The notes beneath the pieces are model-generated. The model ran no database searches and had not been told where the DNA came from. It saw only the letters and a program-made list of their open reading frames with translations. The position numbers and the translations under genes were made by a program. A stretch of 64,000 nt of DNA from Anaeramoeba ignava BMAN (lineage: Eukaryota; Protista; Anaeramoebae): positions 310,001-374,000 of the forward strand of contig JAPDFW010000079.1 in assembly GCA_028826165.1 (NCBI GenBank), in the 5' to 3' direction. Of the stretch, positions 27,001-40,134 are shown one piece after another. Every line of letters starts with the position of its first letter. Position 1 is the stretch's first letter.

Positions 27001-30000
27001 TTTTTGGTTTTAGTTTGAAATAAAAAGTAAATATTAGACCATTTCTTAAATAATTCTGAAATAAAACGTTCGAATTTTGTGTAATTTGTTAATTGATTCA
27101 AAAAATCATAAATTTTATCAATACAAGTTCCAATAGGTATTAATTCATTTGGAGAATTATTCTTATTAAGTGAATTTTTAATAATTTCAAGTTGAGAATC
27201 AAAAAATCTATTCAATGAAAATTCTCCAAATTGATTTTTGTTTTGGTTTTGATTTTGATTAAATTCATTAACTAATTTGTAAATTGAAGAAATTTGTTGA
27301 AATATTTCCCAATTAATTTTTTGATAAATTTCTCTTAATGAAAACTTGGTTAATGAATTGATTTGTGATTCTTCAAAATGTAAAATGAATTTTTGGAAAT
27401 CTTGAATATAATCTTTGAAAAATTCTTTTTCAGATTCATTAAATGAAATTCCAATCAAATCATTCAAGAAATTTTTCAGATATTTTTCAGAAATATCTTT
27501 GCGTTTAGAAAAATTTTCTAGCCAATTTTCAATTGGTTCATCAACAATATCTTTCAAAATATCTTTGTTTTCTTGATGATAATCTTCTGTTATAACTTCA
27601 TAAAAATAATGGAAAAATGGGAATTCGGACTTATCAAATTGATCTTTCTGAATTTTATGATAAGGTTGAATTTCGATTAATTCAAAAATTTGTTTCCAAA
27701 AATTTTCCTTTTCTTTGCTTGTTGTTAAAATTAACTTGAAATTATCATTAACCATAATATAACTCAATAAAATTGCAAAAATTGTTTCCAACTTCTTAAT
27801 TAATTGAGAATAAAGATAAGAATTAAAAGATTCATAACTTTGTTGCATTCTTAATTTTTGTGTTATTAATTCTTGAATATCCCATTGATAAAAACTTATA
27901 TTTTCTTTTTTTCCTTTTTCAAACATAAATTTAAGTTTTGGGAAAATTAAATCTTTCAAAGTTTTCATTTTTTCTAAGAATGGTTTTGTGCTTTGGATTT
28001 TTTCAGGATTGATAAATTGAAGAATAGAAGAATTAAAAATTGGTTCAAATAATTTTTCCCATTCTTGATCCAAAATATTTTCAAGAAAATTTAAATCTGA
28101 ATCTTTTGATTCTGAAATGATTGGAAATTTGATTTCAGATGGTAAAATATCATCAATATAAAAATATTCCCAATTTTTTTCAAATGCAAAATGGAATTGA
28201 GTTTTGGATTGTTGAGTTGATGGAAGATGAACAATGAAAATTATCTTGCACTTAATTTCTTCTTTTTTAATTAAATTTTCAATCATATATTTCGATTGAT
28301 GGAATATTGTTTCAGGAGAAATTGATGTTGGAGTGAAACGAATTATCAAAGCAAAATTTTCATCTTTATAAGGATTCGTCTTCTTTATTGGTTCTAATCC
28401 AAGATTTTTTCTAACTTCTTTTTCAAATTGTGTATCATTTTCAATTTTAGAAAGTTCAATTTCTTTAAATTTAAAATTTTGAATTTGTTCAGATTTGATT
28501 GTTTGAGAAATTGATGAAGAAGTAAGAACAACTGAACATTGAATTTGTTTTGGAATTAATGTTGTTTGGATTAAATCATTCAAACTATCGTGATATAAAC
28601 TTAAATATCTTTGCCAAATATATCTTAAATATGAAATTTCTTTGATATTTTCGGTTGTATATTTTTTGATTGTTTTTAAATAAATTGAAAGCATTGATTC
28701 GTAATTGCAAATTCTCATCCACATATTTACTCCTTCAACTCTTAAATAATCTTCTTTTTCTTGTTTTTCTTTTTCAGAAAGTATTTGTTGGAGTTTTGTT
28801 ACTAAAGAAGGTAATAAATCAGTATGATATGAAACTAATAATTTCTCTTCTGTAATATCTGCAAATTTGCAAATGTTTTGGATAATTTCTTTTTGTTTCT
28901 GATAAAATCGAATAAATTCATTTTTGGTTATAAATTCTTCTGATATAAGTAAATATTTTTCAAATCTATTCAAAATTGCTGGTGATTCAACATTATAAGC
29001 TCTTGATTTATCAGAAATTACTATTAATCTAAATTTAGGATCAATTTTGATTTTGGAAACAATATTTCCAAATGAAATTTTGGCAAAAATTTCATTTTCT
29101 TTTTTTGAATAATTTTGATTTAATAAATCATATAAAGGTTCATATAATTGTTCATTCTTAAATAAGATTACTATTTCTCCATTACGAATTGAATCTTCAA
29201 TTGATTGTAAATTACGAATAATTCGAGTTTGCTTTTTGTTTTCAGCAAAATCTGATCCAAAAAATAATTTGTAATCTGTTTTAGTACTTAATTGTTCAAT
29301 TTCTTTTAGAATAAATGATAAATTGCATATTTTATCAGTCAAAATCATCATATGCCGAGAATAATTTGGAGTATCATTTGTATCTTCAAAACCAAATTCT
29401 TGAAAAATTCTTCTGTTTATATTTTGGTAAATTAGTTCTCGTGTTGTAATTTTTTTATCGCTAATCAAAGGAACATTCTTTGGAAATTTGGGGAATAACT
29501 CTTCAATAAAATCAGGTTTTGAACTGAAATTTCTTAATAAAGCATTTAAAATTAATCCAGGATTATTGTATGAAATTCCATGTTTAATATTGCAATATCC
29601 AATCATTTTTAAGAAATAATAAAAATCTCTCAATCCAAAATAAGGTCTTGATTTACTTTTTGGATCTTTTCCTTGTTCTTTCACAATTTTCTTGTAAATT
29701 TTAGTAAGATAATTTGCAAATATTTCAGGAATCGTTGAATTCATTCCAACTGATTTTTGTGCATAAAATTTGTTGAGATGTTGCGCCTAATTGTGTTATA
29801 GATTCTCTTCTAAGAAGAATTCCTCGGTTTGTATTACTTGGATCTAAAACCCAATTAGAAATTGCAACAACTGAAACTCCTCCATTTTCTTTAATTATAT
29901 CTTGAATTTTTTTGTTATCTTGATTAATTCTTGAAATTTCTTTTTCTGATTCTTCAAGTTGAGAATGAAGTGCTTTTAATGGCAAATCTGGACTTAATTC

Positions 30001-33000
30001 TGCAAGTGCAACTTCATCAAGAATAACAACTCCTAAATCATTTTTCTTTGTTTTTGATTTTGCAATTTTAAAAACATCTTCAATTCCTTGAGTTGTTGTT
30101 ATTGGTGAACATTGAAGGAAAGATTCTCTAAGTGTTCTAAGTTCAAGTTTTTTTGCAAAGTTATTTATTTCATGAGGAGGTTTCAAAGATTCCATTATAA
30201 CTTCAACAGAAATTGATTTTGATGTTCCTTTTTTTGATTATAATAATAAAAATTGAATAAAAATTAAATTAATATATTTATAAAAAAGAAAGAAAAAGAT
30301 GTTATTTTACCTGGTTTTCCAATAATAAATAATGGAATTTGTGCATAAACACAAACAAAAATCAATAAACAATTCTCCTTCAAAGGTATGTTTTTTGCAA
30401 TCATTTTTTTTGAAAAATCATAATCTTCTAATGATTCAATTAATTTTTCTTGTGAATTTTCAATTACGTTTTTGCAGTTTCCTAATAAATTATTATTTCT
30501 TTCAAAAATTGCTTCAAAATATTGATCTTTGCTTGTTGTTTGTCGACTTGCATAACAAATGAATAAAGATAAGTAAATTGCTTTCTGAAAAAGATCTTCT
30601 TCTTCTTCTTGTTCATTTTCTTTTTCTGATAATAAAAATATACCAGCTTTAGATTCAACAAGCCATTGAAATACTCGAAGAATTCTTGAAACATCTCGAA
30701 GTGAAATTAAAGCTGCTAAATTCCTTTTGAAATCATCATTTGTTTGATTTGAATCTCCATCTTGACGAATATAACTATGAGATTTGGAAATATATTCTTT
30801 GAATGATGATATAATTGTTTGATATTCTCTGAATTTTTCATCGTTGTTGTTTAAAATTGAGTAAAAAGTATTATCAACCATTTTAGAAATGTATACTTGT
30901 TCTTGTGCTGAGTTTAATGATTCAAAACTAAGAACACTATTTTCTAATGAATTTGGAATTTTATGAACTCGATAAACAGCATTTCTAATTTCTTCTTGTT
31001 CTTTATTCTTTTTATCTCCATAATCAAAAAGTAATCCACAAACCTTTTCTTCTTTATTTTGATTTTCATTATTTTGATTTTCATTATTTTGATTTTCATT
31101 ATTTTGATTTTCAGAAATTGCTTTGGATTTTCTTTCTCTATATGGATTAATTGCTGCAATAAATTTAATGTTTGATGGTATTTTTTTGCCTTCAAATAAT
31201 CGATCAATAAACAAATATTTGAAAATAGGAATACAATATTTGGGTGCAGTATTCAATTCATCAAAAAATAAAACAACTTGATTTTGTTTTCCAATTTTTA
31301 GATTTTTCAAGTAATTTCTTAATTTTTTCTTTTGTTGTTCCTCCATTTACATTAAATGTAATGAAATGATTTGTTTCTTTTTCTTTTTCTTTTTCATTTA
31401 ATTCTTCTTCTGAGTTGAATTTACTAAATTGATAATTTAAAATATCTCGAAATAAATATTCAATTAATGCAGTTTTTCCACATCCAGTTTCTCCACTTAT
31501 AATTAATGAAAATCCAGTAAACATTCTAAATTGAATGAACATCATTTTGGAAAGATTATCAAATGTAAGAACATATTTTCCTTTTCTTGTATCAATTCCA
31601 TTCGAAAAAATTTCTTCAGACTTATTTGGATTCAGAAAGTTAAAAAATTCTGAAATTTGTTTATATTCTCTTTCAGAATTACTTAAGTTATTTGAAATTG
31701 GATCTCCAAATCTCCCCTGAGAAATTGAATATAAATTTCCTTCAAAATCAAGGAAGTTATCTGGAAAATTTGTGTTCATAAATAATCCAACTTCTTTCGT
31801 TGAACCAGAAATATTTGGATTATGAATTGAAACTGGATTCCCATTTTCAAATTCTAAATTAAGAATGAACGAATAAAAATTATCAAAAGTTTTCCCTTGT
31901 TTTGAAAAAAAGGAAATTAGATTTAATCTAGCAACAGAAAATATCCAACATCTAATAATTTCTTGTCTTCTTAAAAATGGGTTTTGATTAAGATTTTGAT
32001 TTTTATTTTGATTAGAATTTTGATTTTGATCAGAAATTTCCCAATCAAGAATTGGATTGATAAATTTTTTTAATGAATTCCAAAATTGATAAAATAATCT
32101 AAAAGATTTATGGAAATTGTGATCAGGATTTAATTGTTCTGAAATGATTTGTATGATGTGTTGAGATTTATTGAAAAATGAGTTTGTATCAGGATTTTGT
32201 GATGATAATTCTTGTTTCCAATTATCAAAATCTTTGAAATTATTGAATAAAGTGTTATTTTGAGTTTCAATTAGAAGATTTGCAACTTTTTTCAAATCAT
32301 TATCATCAATTTCTTGAATTTTTTTTTGATCTTCATCAACTTCATACATTTTGAATTTAATTTCATTTACAGAACATGAACATTCTTGTGGTTGAAATTT
32401 TTGAAGTGGATAAAAATATTTCCAAATATTATTTTGACTTGGAATTTCAAAAAAAAGTTTTGCATTTGGAGGTAAAGTCCAACAAATATTATAAGGATCT
32501 TTTGCTTGTCTATCTTCAATAGAACCCCACATTGATAATTGCCAAAGAGAATCTGTCATTTGTAATGAACATTCAGTTGGAAATTCAATATGAATAAATA
32601 ATTCTTCATTTTCGTTTTTCTTTTCTATTGGGATTTTATTCAATTCAACAATCAATTCTTGTATTTCTCCTGTTGTAAGTTGAATAAGATAATATTTGTA
32701 ATCAATTTTATCATTTTGAGAATTACAAAATTTTCTAATTTGATAACTTTTTCCATCTCCTTCATTTTGTGAATAAAAAACCTTGAAATGATGGAAAAAT
32801 GTTGATTTTTGAATAATTTTATTGAGAATTTTATCATTTTCTAAGTTAATAATCAATTTTCCTTCTTGTAATTGACTCATTAAAAATGCATTTTGTTCTC
32901 CTTCCAAAACAAAAATAGTTAATGGGAAATGTGTTGTGAAATTAATTGATCTTATTTGAGAAATAACTTCATTTTGGCATGTTTGGGATAATAATGTTGC

Positions 33001-36000
33001 ATTTATAATAGAAAAAATAACCTTTTCTTCTTCTTTTTGTTTTTGTTTTTTAAAATTAGAATATTCTTCGTTATAATACTTATAAATTGAGAAAAAATTC
33101 TTCACATCTCCCACATTTGTATTTGAATCACAAAAAAGAACTTGTTCTCTTTGTGGCAAATAATTTGAATATAAATAATAAATCATGGTAACTTCATTGT
33201 GAATAAATGAATCTGTTTCACTTCTTTAATAAATATTTTTGGATTTGATATGTTTCCATCCCTTTTGTTAATTTGTTTGATAAGTTCATTGCTCAAGTTT
33301 GTTCTAGATTTTATTTTGATTTTTTTTAAAGAATTTTTAATTTTTGACCAAGTAAAATTATTTTTGATTAAATTGAAAAATCCTGTAGAAGAATTTTTCC
33401 AATTATCACTTTGTTGGCTAATAATACTGTTTAAAATTTCTTGTGGATCAGATCTTCCTTTTCCAAAAATTAATTTTAAGATTGGATAAATCACTTTGTT
33501 TTTTTCTTGAATATTTAATAAAGGAGTTGAAACTAAAAGTAATTGATTTGTTGATAAAATTCCTGATAATTTCTCTTTTGAAATATTTTTACTATCTTCT
33601 TCCCAATTTTTTAAAGCTTGGTTGATATTTTGTTTCAATTCTTCCATTTTTTCTGAATAAGTATTATCATCTTCTTTGATTTCAATTTCTTTGTTAATTC
33701 CTGGAATTTGTTTATAATACTTTATTGGAATAAACTTTTCTAAATATGTATTAATTGATTGAATTGTTTCAAAAAGAATTTCAAATTGTCTAAAGAAGAA
33801 TGAATATTCTTTATCTTCAGTTGGATTCTCATTAATTGCTCGATTTTGACTTTTATTCTTTTTGTTTAAAGCAACTCTCCACATACTTATGAAATCTTCA
33901 AAATTAAGTATTTCTTTTTCTTGTTTAATTTGGCATTGAAAAATTGGTTCTTCAAGTCTAAAAATAATTTTGGATCCGTTTTTGAAAATTTTTTCAATTT
34001 TATCACTTAAAGTATCTGATAATTCTTTAATATTTTGTTCTTTGAATAAAGGGAAGTTTTTGACTAATAATTTGAGATTAATTTTTTTTATATTTTCCTC
34101 CATTTCTTTTTGAATTTTTGAGATTTTTTCTGTTACTGAATCAAAATTTTGAAATGTTTTTGTAAAGAAAGGATTGAAAATATCAATAAAATTAATTAGA
34201 TATTTCTTTGTTTGATTTAAATCATCATCATTAGTTATATCTTGATTTTGGATGTTTGTTTTTAAATTATCAATAGTTTTTTCTTTTAATTCTTCTTTTA
34301 TCCATTCAATTATTGTTTGATCTTTTTCATCTTGATTAGGAAATAAATCATTTATCAAATCAAGTATTTGAATATTAACTTTCAAAGTTTTTTCAATACT
34401 TTGTTTTAAATTTGTAATTTCAGAAAGTTTATTTTGTTGCCAATTTTGTTCCAAATTTTTAATATTTGATAATTCTTTATCATCTTTGTTTTGAATAAAA
34501 ATTTCACAAAATTTAATAAAAGGATTAATTCTATTGATTATTTTCCTAAATTCAAAAAATTCTTGAATTCTGTTTTTTTGTATTTCTTTGGTTATGAATT
34601 GCTTTTTTTCAGATTTATTTTGTTCGTTATATGTTTGAAATTCTGTATAATCTTTATCAAGATATTCTTCTTTTGCTATTGGAAATTCAGTGTTTATATA
34701 TTCTAAATTTGGATCTTTGTTTAAATTTTCTATCCATTTTTCCCATTCAATTTTTACGTCACTTAAAATTTTACCAATACTTAAATCTTTATTTTCTTGA
34801 GATTCAATATTTTTTGTTAATTTTTCTTTATATAAAAAACTTATAGAATATAAAATAATGCTAAACCAAAGTATCTTCTTCTTTCTTTAATGTTTCAATG
34901 AATTGTTTGAATTGATCGATTGTAATTTCCATTGTGTTGATTTTTTCCCAATTTGGAAATTTTTCTTTAATCTTCTTTTCATCAAATTTGAGAAATAAAT
35001 CTTTTATTGGAGAAAATTCTTTCAATAAGTTTTGAGTAAATTTTTTTGTTTTTTTGGATTGTTGTTCTAGAAATTTTTTTTCCAGAATTCTCTTTTCCAG
35101 AATTCTTTTTTCCAGAATTCTCTTTTCCAGTATAATTTTTGAACAAAGGAAATAATACTTTCAAATTCTTTTCATTGTCTTGAAAGTTCTTCAAATTATT
35201 TATTGTAGCTTGTTTTGGATTTTGTAATTTGATAAAATAATTGTAGATTTCTTCTTGATATTTTTCCAATTTTTCTTTAAGATCATGAGCCAAATTAATT
35301 TCATTTGAATTTGGGTTTTTTGGATATAATAAATTGTTTTTAGGATTTGAATTATTGAATTGCAAAAATATGATAATTATATTCATCCATCTTTTTGGTA
35401 AACCTTCTTTATTTTTGATAATTTCATTAAAAGGACTGTCTTCTAATTTTTTTCTTTCATTCAGCAAATGTTCGCTCCAACTTTCTAATTGAATTTTTAT
35501 TGGAAGAAATCTTAAAAATTGCTTTTTTGAAACATTTTGGAAATCATATGTTAAATCCAACAAATAGAATTCTTTTGCTTTTTCATCTAATTTATCAAAA
35601 AATTCTAATCTTTCATCGTTGTTTTTGATTTGTTTATTGCTGTATTCATGATAACTTTTATCTTCGAAAATTGTAATTAAATCAGATAATTTTTCAATAT
35701 AAGTTCTTTTTTCATTTTTCAAACAGGGTTGATTAAAAAGGGAATGACCAGCAATATCAGGCAATATACTTGCTATTTGCATAATAGCACTTCTTAGATT
35801 TCTGATTTTCCTCATTTCTGCACTGTTAGCGAAATTGTACAAATTCACCCAAAATTGAAAGCATTCCAATAAATTAGGGAAAATTGTATTTTTCAAGTTA
35901 TCCTGGAAATTTGGAATTAAAAAGAGATTTATCATCAATTCTTTTTTTTGAATTGTGTTAATAAAATTGAACCAAATTGTGTTTTGAAAATTTAATGATT

Positions 36001-36805
36001 TGCCAAAAATATCGATTAAAACTGGTTTTGAAAGTTCAGAAAGTTTGAAGTGATACTTTGCATAAAAAGAAAAGAGAATTCCAAGATCTTTTTGTTGAAT
36101 ACTATTTGGATTTGTGAATTCCTTTTTGAAAGTAATGAAAAGAGGAAGAAAAATGATTTTTTTTGATTCTTTGTAATTTTGATTTAATTCAGAAAGAAAA
36201 TTAGTGAGAATATTAAAAGCATCAGGATCTTCTTTTGTTTGATAAAATTGGATGATTTGCTTATTGCATTTAATTAAATCATCTTTTTTGCTTTCTTTGA
36301 AAATTTTCTTCAGAGTTGATTTACTGTATCTTAATCCAAGAACAAAAAGAATTTTGGCAATATTTTCTGGTTTTGATTTGAAAGTAACTTTTGAACTTTG
36401 TTTTGTTTCGAATCTTTTTTTTGAGAAGGCATTCAAAAAATCTGTGAAAATAATTAGTTGGTCTTTTTTCAATATTTTTTTTTCACTTGGAGATGAATAA
36501 TCAATAACTGCATCAATAACTCTTGTTCCATATTTTTTTGAATCTTTTTCATCGAAATCAAAAATAATCTTTGATTCTTTAATGTCAATTTGTGTGAATT
36601 CTTTTTTTTTTTCTTTTTTATTTTCGAGATACAATCTGTAACTTGGTTTTTCTTGTTCTAAAATTGGGAATTGAAAAATGTAAACATGATTTGATTCAAA
36701 ATCTTGTCCAATTTCTTTTGTTTCTTGATTTGAATCTTGGTATTGAAGTTTTGGTTTTCCTTTTTTAATTGTAATTAATGTAACTGGTATTTGGTTTTGT
36801 GTCAT
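24065..36805 (-). CDS. RNF213-like: RNF213/mysterin-like giant multi-AAA+ ATPase (~4,200 codons); one intron (30310-30228) and six reading-frame shifts
   Basis: Collinear RNF213-type motifs: SQNEGDGKS, ISGETGCGKT, VVLFFDELNT, IAAINPYR, VYRVHKIP, ISLRDVSR, LKENCLLIFVC..IPLFIIGKPG|TSKS, QCSP, VVILDEVALAELSPDLPLKALH, ISNWVLDP..NRG, YFGLRDFY, LYDLLNQNY, LNRFEK. The 34981-34455 gap in the ORF track is also coding in shifted frames. Confidence 0.9.
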
Positions 36806-37109
36806 TTTTTTTTATTTTAAATTTAAAAAAAAATAAAAAAATGAAAAGAAGAATTAAAAAAAAAATTTTTATTAAAAAAAGTGGAATTTGCTTTTTGTTT
36901 TTAAATTTAATTTGGAAATTATTTTTATTATTAAGTCTTATTAAATTTATTTTTATTTTTTTTATTTTGAAGTTGATCGAAAAAAGGAAAAAATGACTTA
37001 AATTTTTTTAAAAATTACTCAAAAATACCATTAATTATGAATTCGGAAAAACAAAAAGAAAAAATAAAAATAAAAATAAAAATAAAAAAGGAATTTTGAA
37101 TTAATTTTT

Positions 37110-38835
37110 ATTTAAAATTGATATAAAATTAGTTTAAAATTGATTTAAAATTGATATAAAATTGATATAAAATTGATATAAAATTGATATAAAATTGATA
37201 TAAAATTGATATAAAATTGATATAAAATTGATATAAAATTGATTTAAAATTGATTTAAAATTGATATAAGATTGATTTATAATTGATATAAAATTGATTT
37301 AAAATTGATATATAATTGATTTAAAATTGATTTAAAATTGATATAAAATTGATTTAAAATTGATATAAAATTGATATAAAATTGATTTAAAATTAATTTA
37401 AAATTGATATAAAATTCATTTAAAATTGATATAAAATTAATTTAAAATTAATATAGAATTGATATAAAATTGATATAAAATTGATATAAAATTCATTTAA
37501 AATTGATATAAAATTAATTTAAAATTAATATAGAATTGATATAAAATTAATTTAAAATTAATATAAAATTGATTTAAAATTGATTTAAAATTAATATAAA
37601 ATTGATTTAAAATTGATTTAAAATTGATTTAAAATTGATATAAAATTGATTTAAAATTGATTTAAAATTGATTTAAAATTGATATAAAATTGATATAAAA
37701 TTGATATAAAATTGATTTAAAATTGATTTAAAATTAATATAAAATTGATATAAAATTGATTTAAAATTGATTTAAAATTGATTTAAAATTAATATAAAAT
37801 TGATATAAAATTGATATAAAATTGATATAAAATTGATTTAAAATTGATATAAAATTGATTTAAAATTGATTTAAAATTGATATAAAATTGATATAAAATT
37901 GATATAAAATTGATATAAAATTGATATAAAATTGATTTAAAATTGATATAAAATTGATATAAAATTGATATAAAATTGATTTAAAATTGATATAAAATTG
38001 ATATAAAATTGATATAAAATTGATTTAAAATTGATTTAAAATTGATATAAAATTGATTTAAAATTGATATAAAATTGATATAAAATTGATATAAAATTGA
38101 TATTTGGGGAAATTGATATAAAATTGATTTAAAATTGATATAAAATTGATTTAAAATTGATATAAAATTGATTTAAAATTGATATAAAATTGATTTAAAA
38201 TTAATATAAAATTGATATAAAATTGATATAAAATTAATATAAAATTGATATAAAATTGATTTAAAATTGATATAAAATTGATTTAAAATTGATATAAAAT
38301 TAATTTAAAATTGATATAAAATTGATATAAAATTGATATAAAATTGATATAAAATTGATTTAAAATTGATATATAAAATTGATATAAAATTGATATAAAA
38401 TTGATTTAAAATTGATTTAAAATTGATATAAAATTAATATAAAATTAATATAAAATTGATATAAAATTGATTTAAAATTGATATAAAATTAATTTAAAAT
38501 TAATATAGAATTGATTTAAAATTAATTTAAAATTAATATAAAATTGATATAAAATTGATATAAAATTGATATAAAATTAATATAAAATTGATATAAAATT
38601 GATATAAAATTGATATAAAATTGATTTAAAATTGATTTAAAATTGATATAAAATTGATATAAAATTGATATAAAATTGATATAAAATTGATTTAAAATTG
38701 ATATAAAATTGATATAAAATTGATATAAAATTAATATAAGATTGATTTATAATTGATATAAAATTAATATAAAATTGATTTGAAATTGATTTAAAATTGA
38801 TTTAAAATTGATTTAAAATTGATTTGAAATTGATT
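37110..38835. repeat. Intergenic 11-bp array, same family and orientation as 20290-22535
   Basis: About 155 units; one interruption (TTTGGGGA) at ~38103. Confidence 0.93.
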
Positions 38836-38837
38836 AA

Positions 38838-39554
38838 TTAATTAAGGAATAATGTTTTTTTGGTTTTTGTTTCTTTTAAAATGTTTTGTAAAGGTTTCAT
38901 AACAAAAGAAACTCCTCCTTCAAGAAATTCAAATGGATATTTCTCTTTATACTTATAACTTGAATATTTGATATAATCTTTTTCTTCAAATCCTAATTTT
39001 CGAAATGCAGCTTGTGAACCTGGTGCAGTTGCTTCAGAAATTCCATATTTAAATTTATTTTGAGCTCCTAAAATTAAATTAGCATAACTTATTGAATTTG
39101 CAAATTTCTTTCCTTTAAATTCTTCATTCACAGAAATTGTCCATAAATGTAAATATTCTCCTTTTTTAATGTTTTCTTTATGTTTATTAAATTCATCAAG
39201 TATTGCCCAAAGAGGTTCCCATTTTGAACATAATTTGGAAAATTCAATTTTTGAATCATCAAAAACATCTTGACTCAAAAAACATCCAACAAATTTATTT
39301 GTTTGTTTTTCTCTTGCAACAACTGATAATCCACATTTTACTCCTAATTCAACAATTTGGATTGTTAATGGATCCCATTCTTTTTTACTTATTCCAAGTA
39401 CTATCGACATTAGTTCTCTTTCTGCAAATGATGTCGAAACACATTCAACTGCTTCTTCAATATCTTCTTCTTTTAATGTATCAATCAATAAATTTTTAGT
39501 TTCTAAAATAATTTGATTTTCTCTGTTTTCTTGTAATTTTTTAATTTCTTCCAT
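38838..39554 (-). CDS. Intronless GNAT-fold N-acyltransferase (AANAT-like subgroup)
   Basis: Motifs DIEEAVECVSTSFAERELM, GLSVVARE..FVGC, YLHLWTISVNEEFKGKKFA (motif A) and EATAPGSQAAFRKLGF (motif B). Confidence 0.85.
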   Translation of the reverse strand: MEEIKKLQENRENQIILETKNLLIDTLKEEDIEEAVECVSTSFAERELMSIVLGISKKEWDPLTIQIVELGVKCGLSVVAREKQTNKFVGCFLSQDVFDDSKIEFSKLCSKWEPLWAILDEFNKHKENIKKGEYLHLWTISVNEEFKGKKFANSISYANLILGAQNKFKYGISEATAPGSQAAFRKLGFEEKDYIKYSSYKYKEKYPFEFLEGGVSFVMKPLQNILKETKTKKTLFLN

Positions 39555-40134
39555 TTTGTAATTTTCTGTTTTTTTTATTTTTAATTTTTTTTTGAATAAG
39601 TGAATAATTAAATTAAATAAAGTAAAAAGTGGAATTTATATTTAAAATTGAAAAAAAAATTTTTCTTTTTTGATCTCCTTTTTTATTATTTTTTTTTTTC
39701 TAAATTTTTTTTTTATAAATCAAAACAAATTTGAAAAAGAAAGAAAAATTAAAATTTTTCAAACATTTTCCATAAATTTCTACTCTTTTTTTTATATTTA
39801 TATAAAAATATAAAAATAGATAATTGTGGAAATCCAAATTGTTTTATAAATAAAAAAAAATTTTTTTGATTTAAAAAATAAATAAAAAGAAAAGAGAGAG
39901 AAAGAAAGAGAATCAATTCATTTTTAAAAGCTAATAATTTAAATCAAATCAAATCAAATCAAATTAAATTAACTTTATGTTTATGTTTGTTTTATGTTTT
40001 TTTTTTGAGCTGTTTAAAGTTATTTTAAAAAATAAAATTACGTTTTAAGTTTAAAAAGTTTCAAATAAAAATAAAAGAATAAGAGATCAAAAAAGAATAA
40101 AAAGAAAAAAAATGATTTAAGAAAAAAATTTTTT

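Noticed and set aside
26388-35160. Euplotes-style frameshifting at AAA-stop as the single explanation for the RNF213-like breaks
   Set aside because: No site has AAA-TAA/TAG, and the shift near 31300 must occur upstream of the stop to encode the conserved VVLFFDE.
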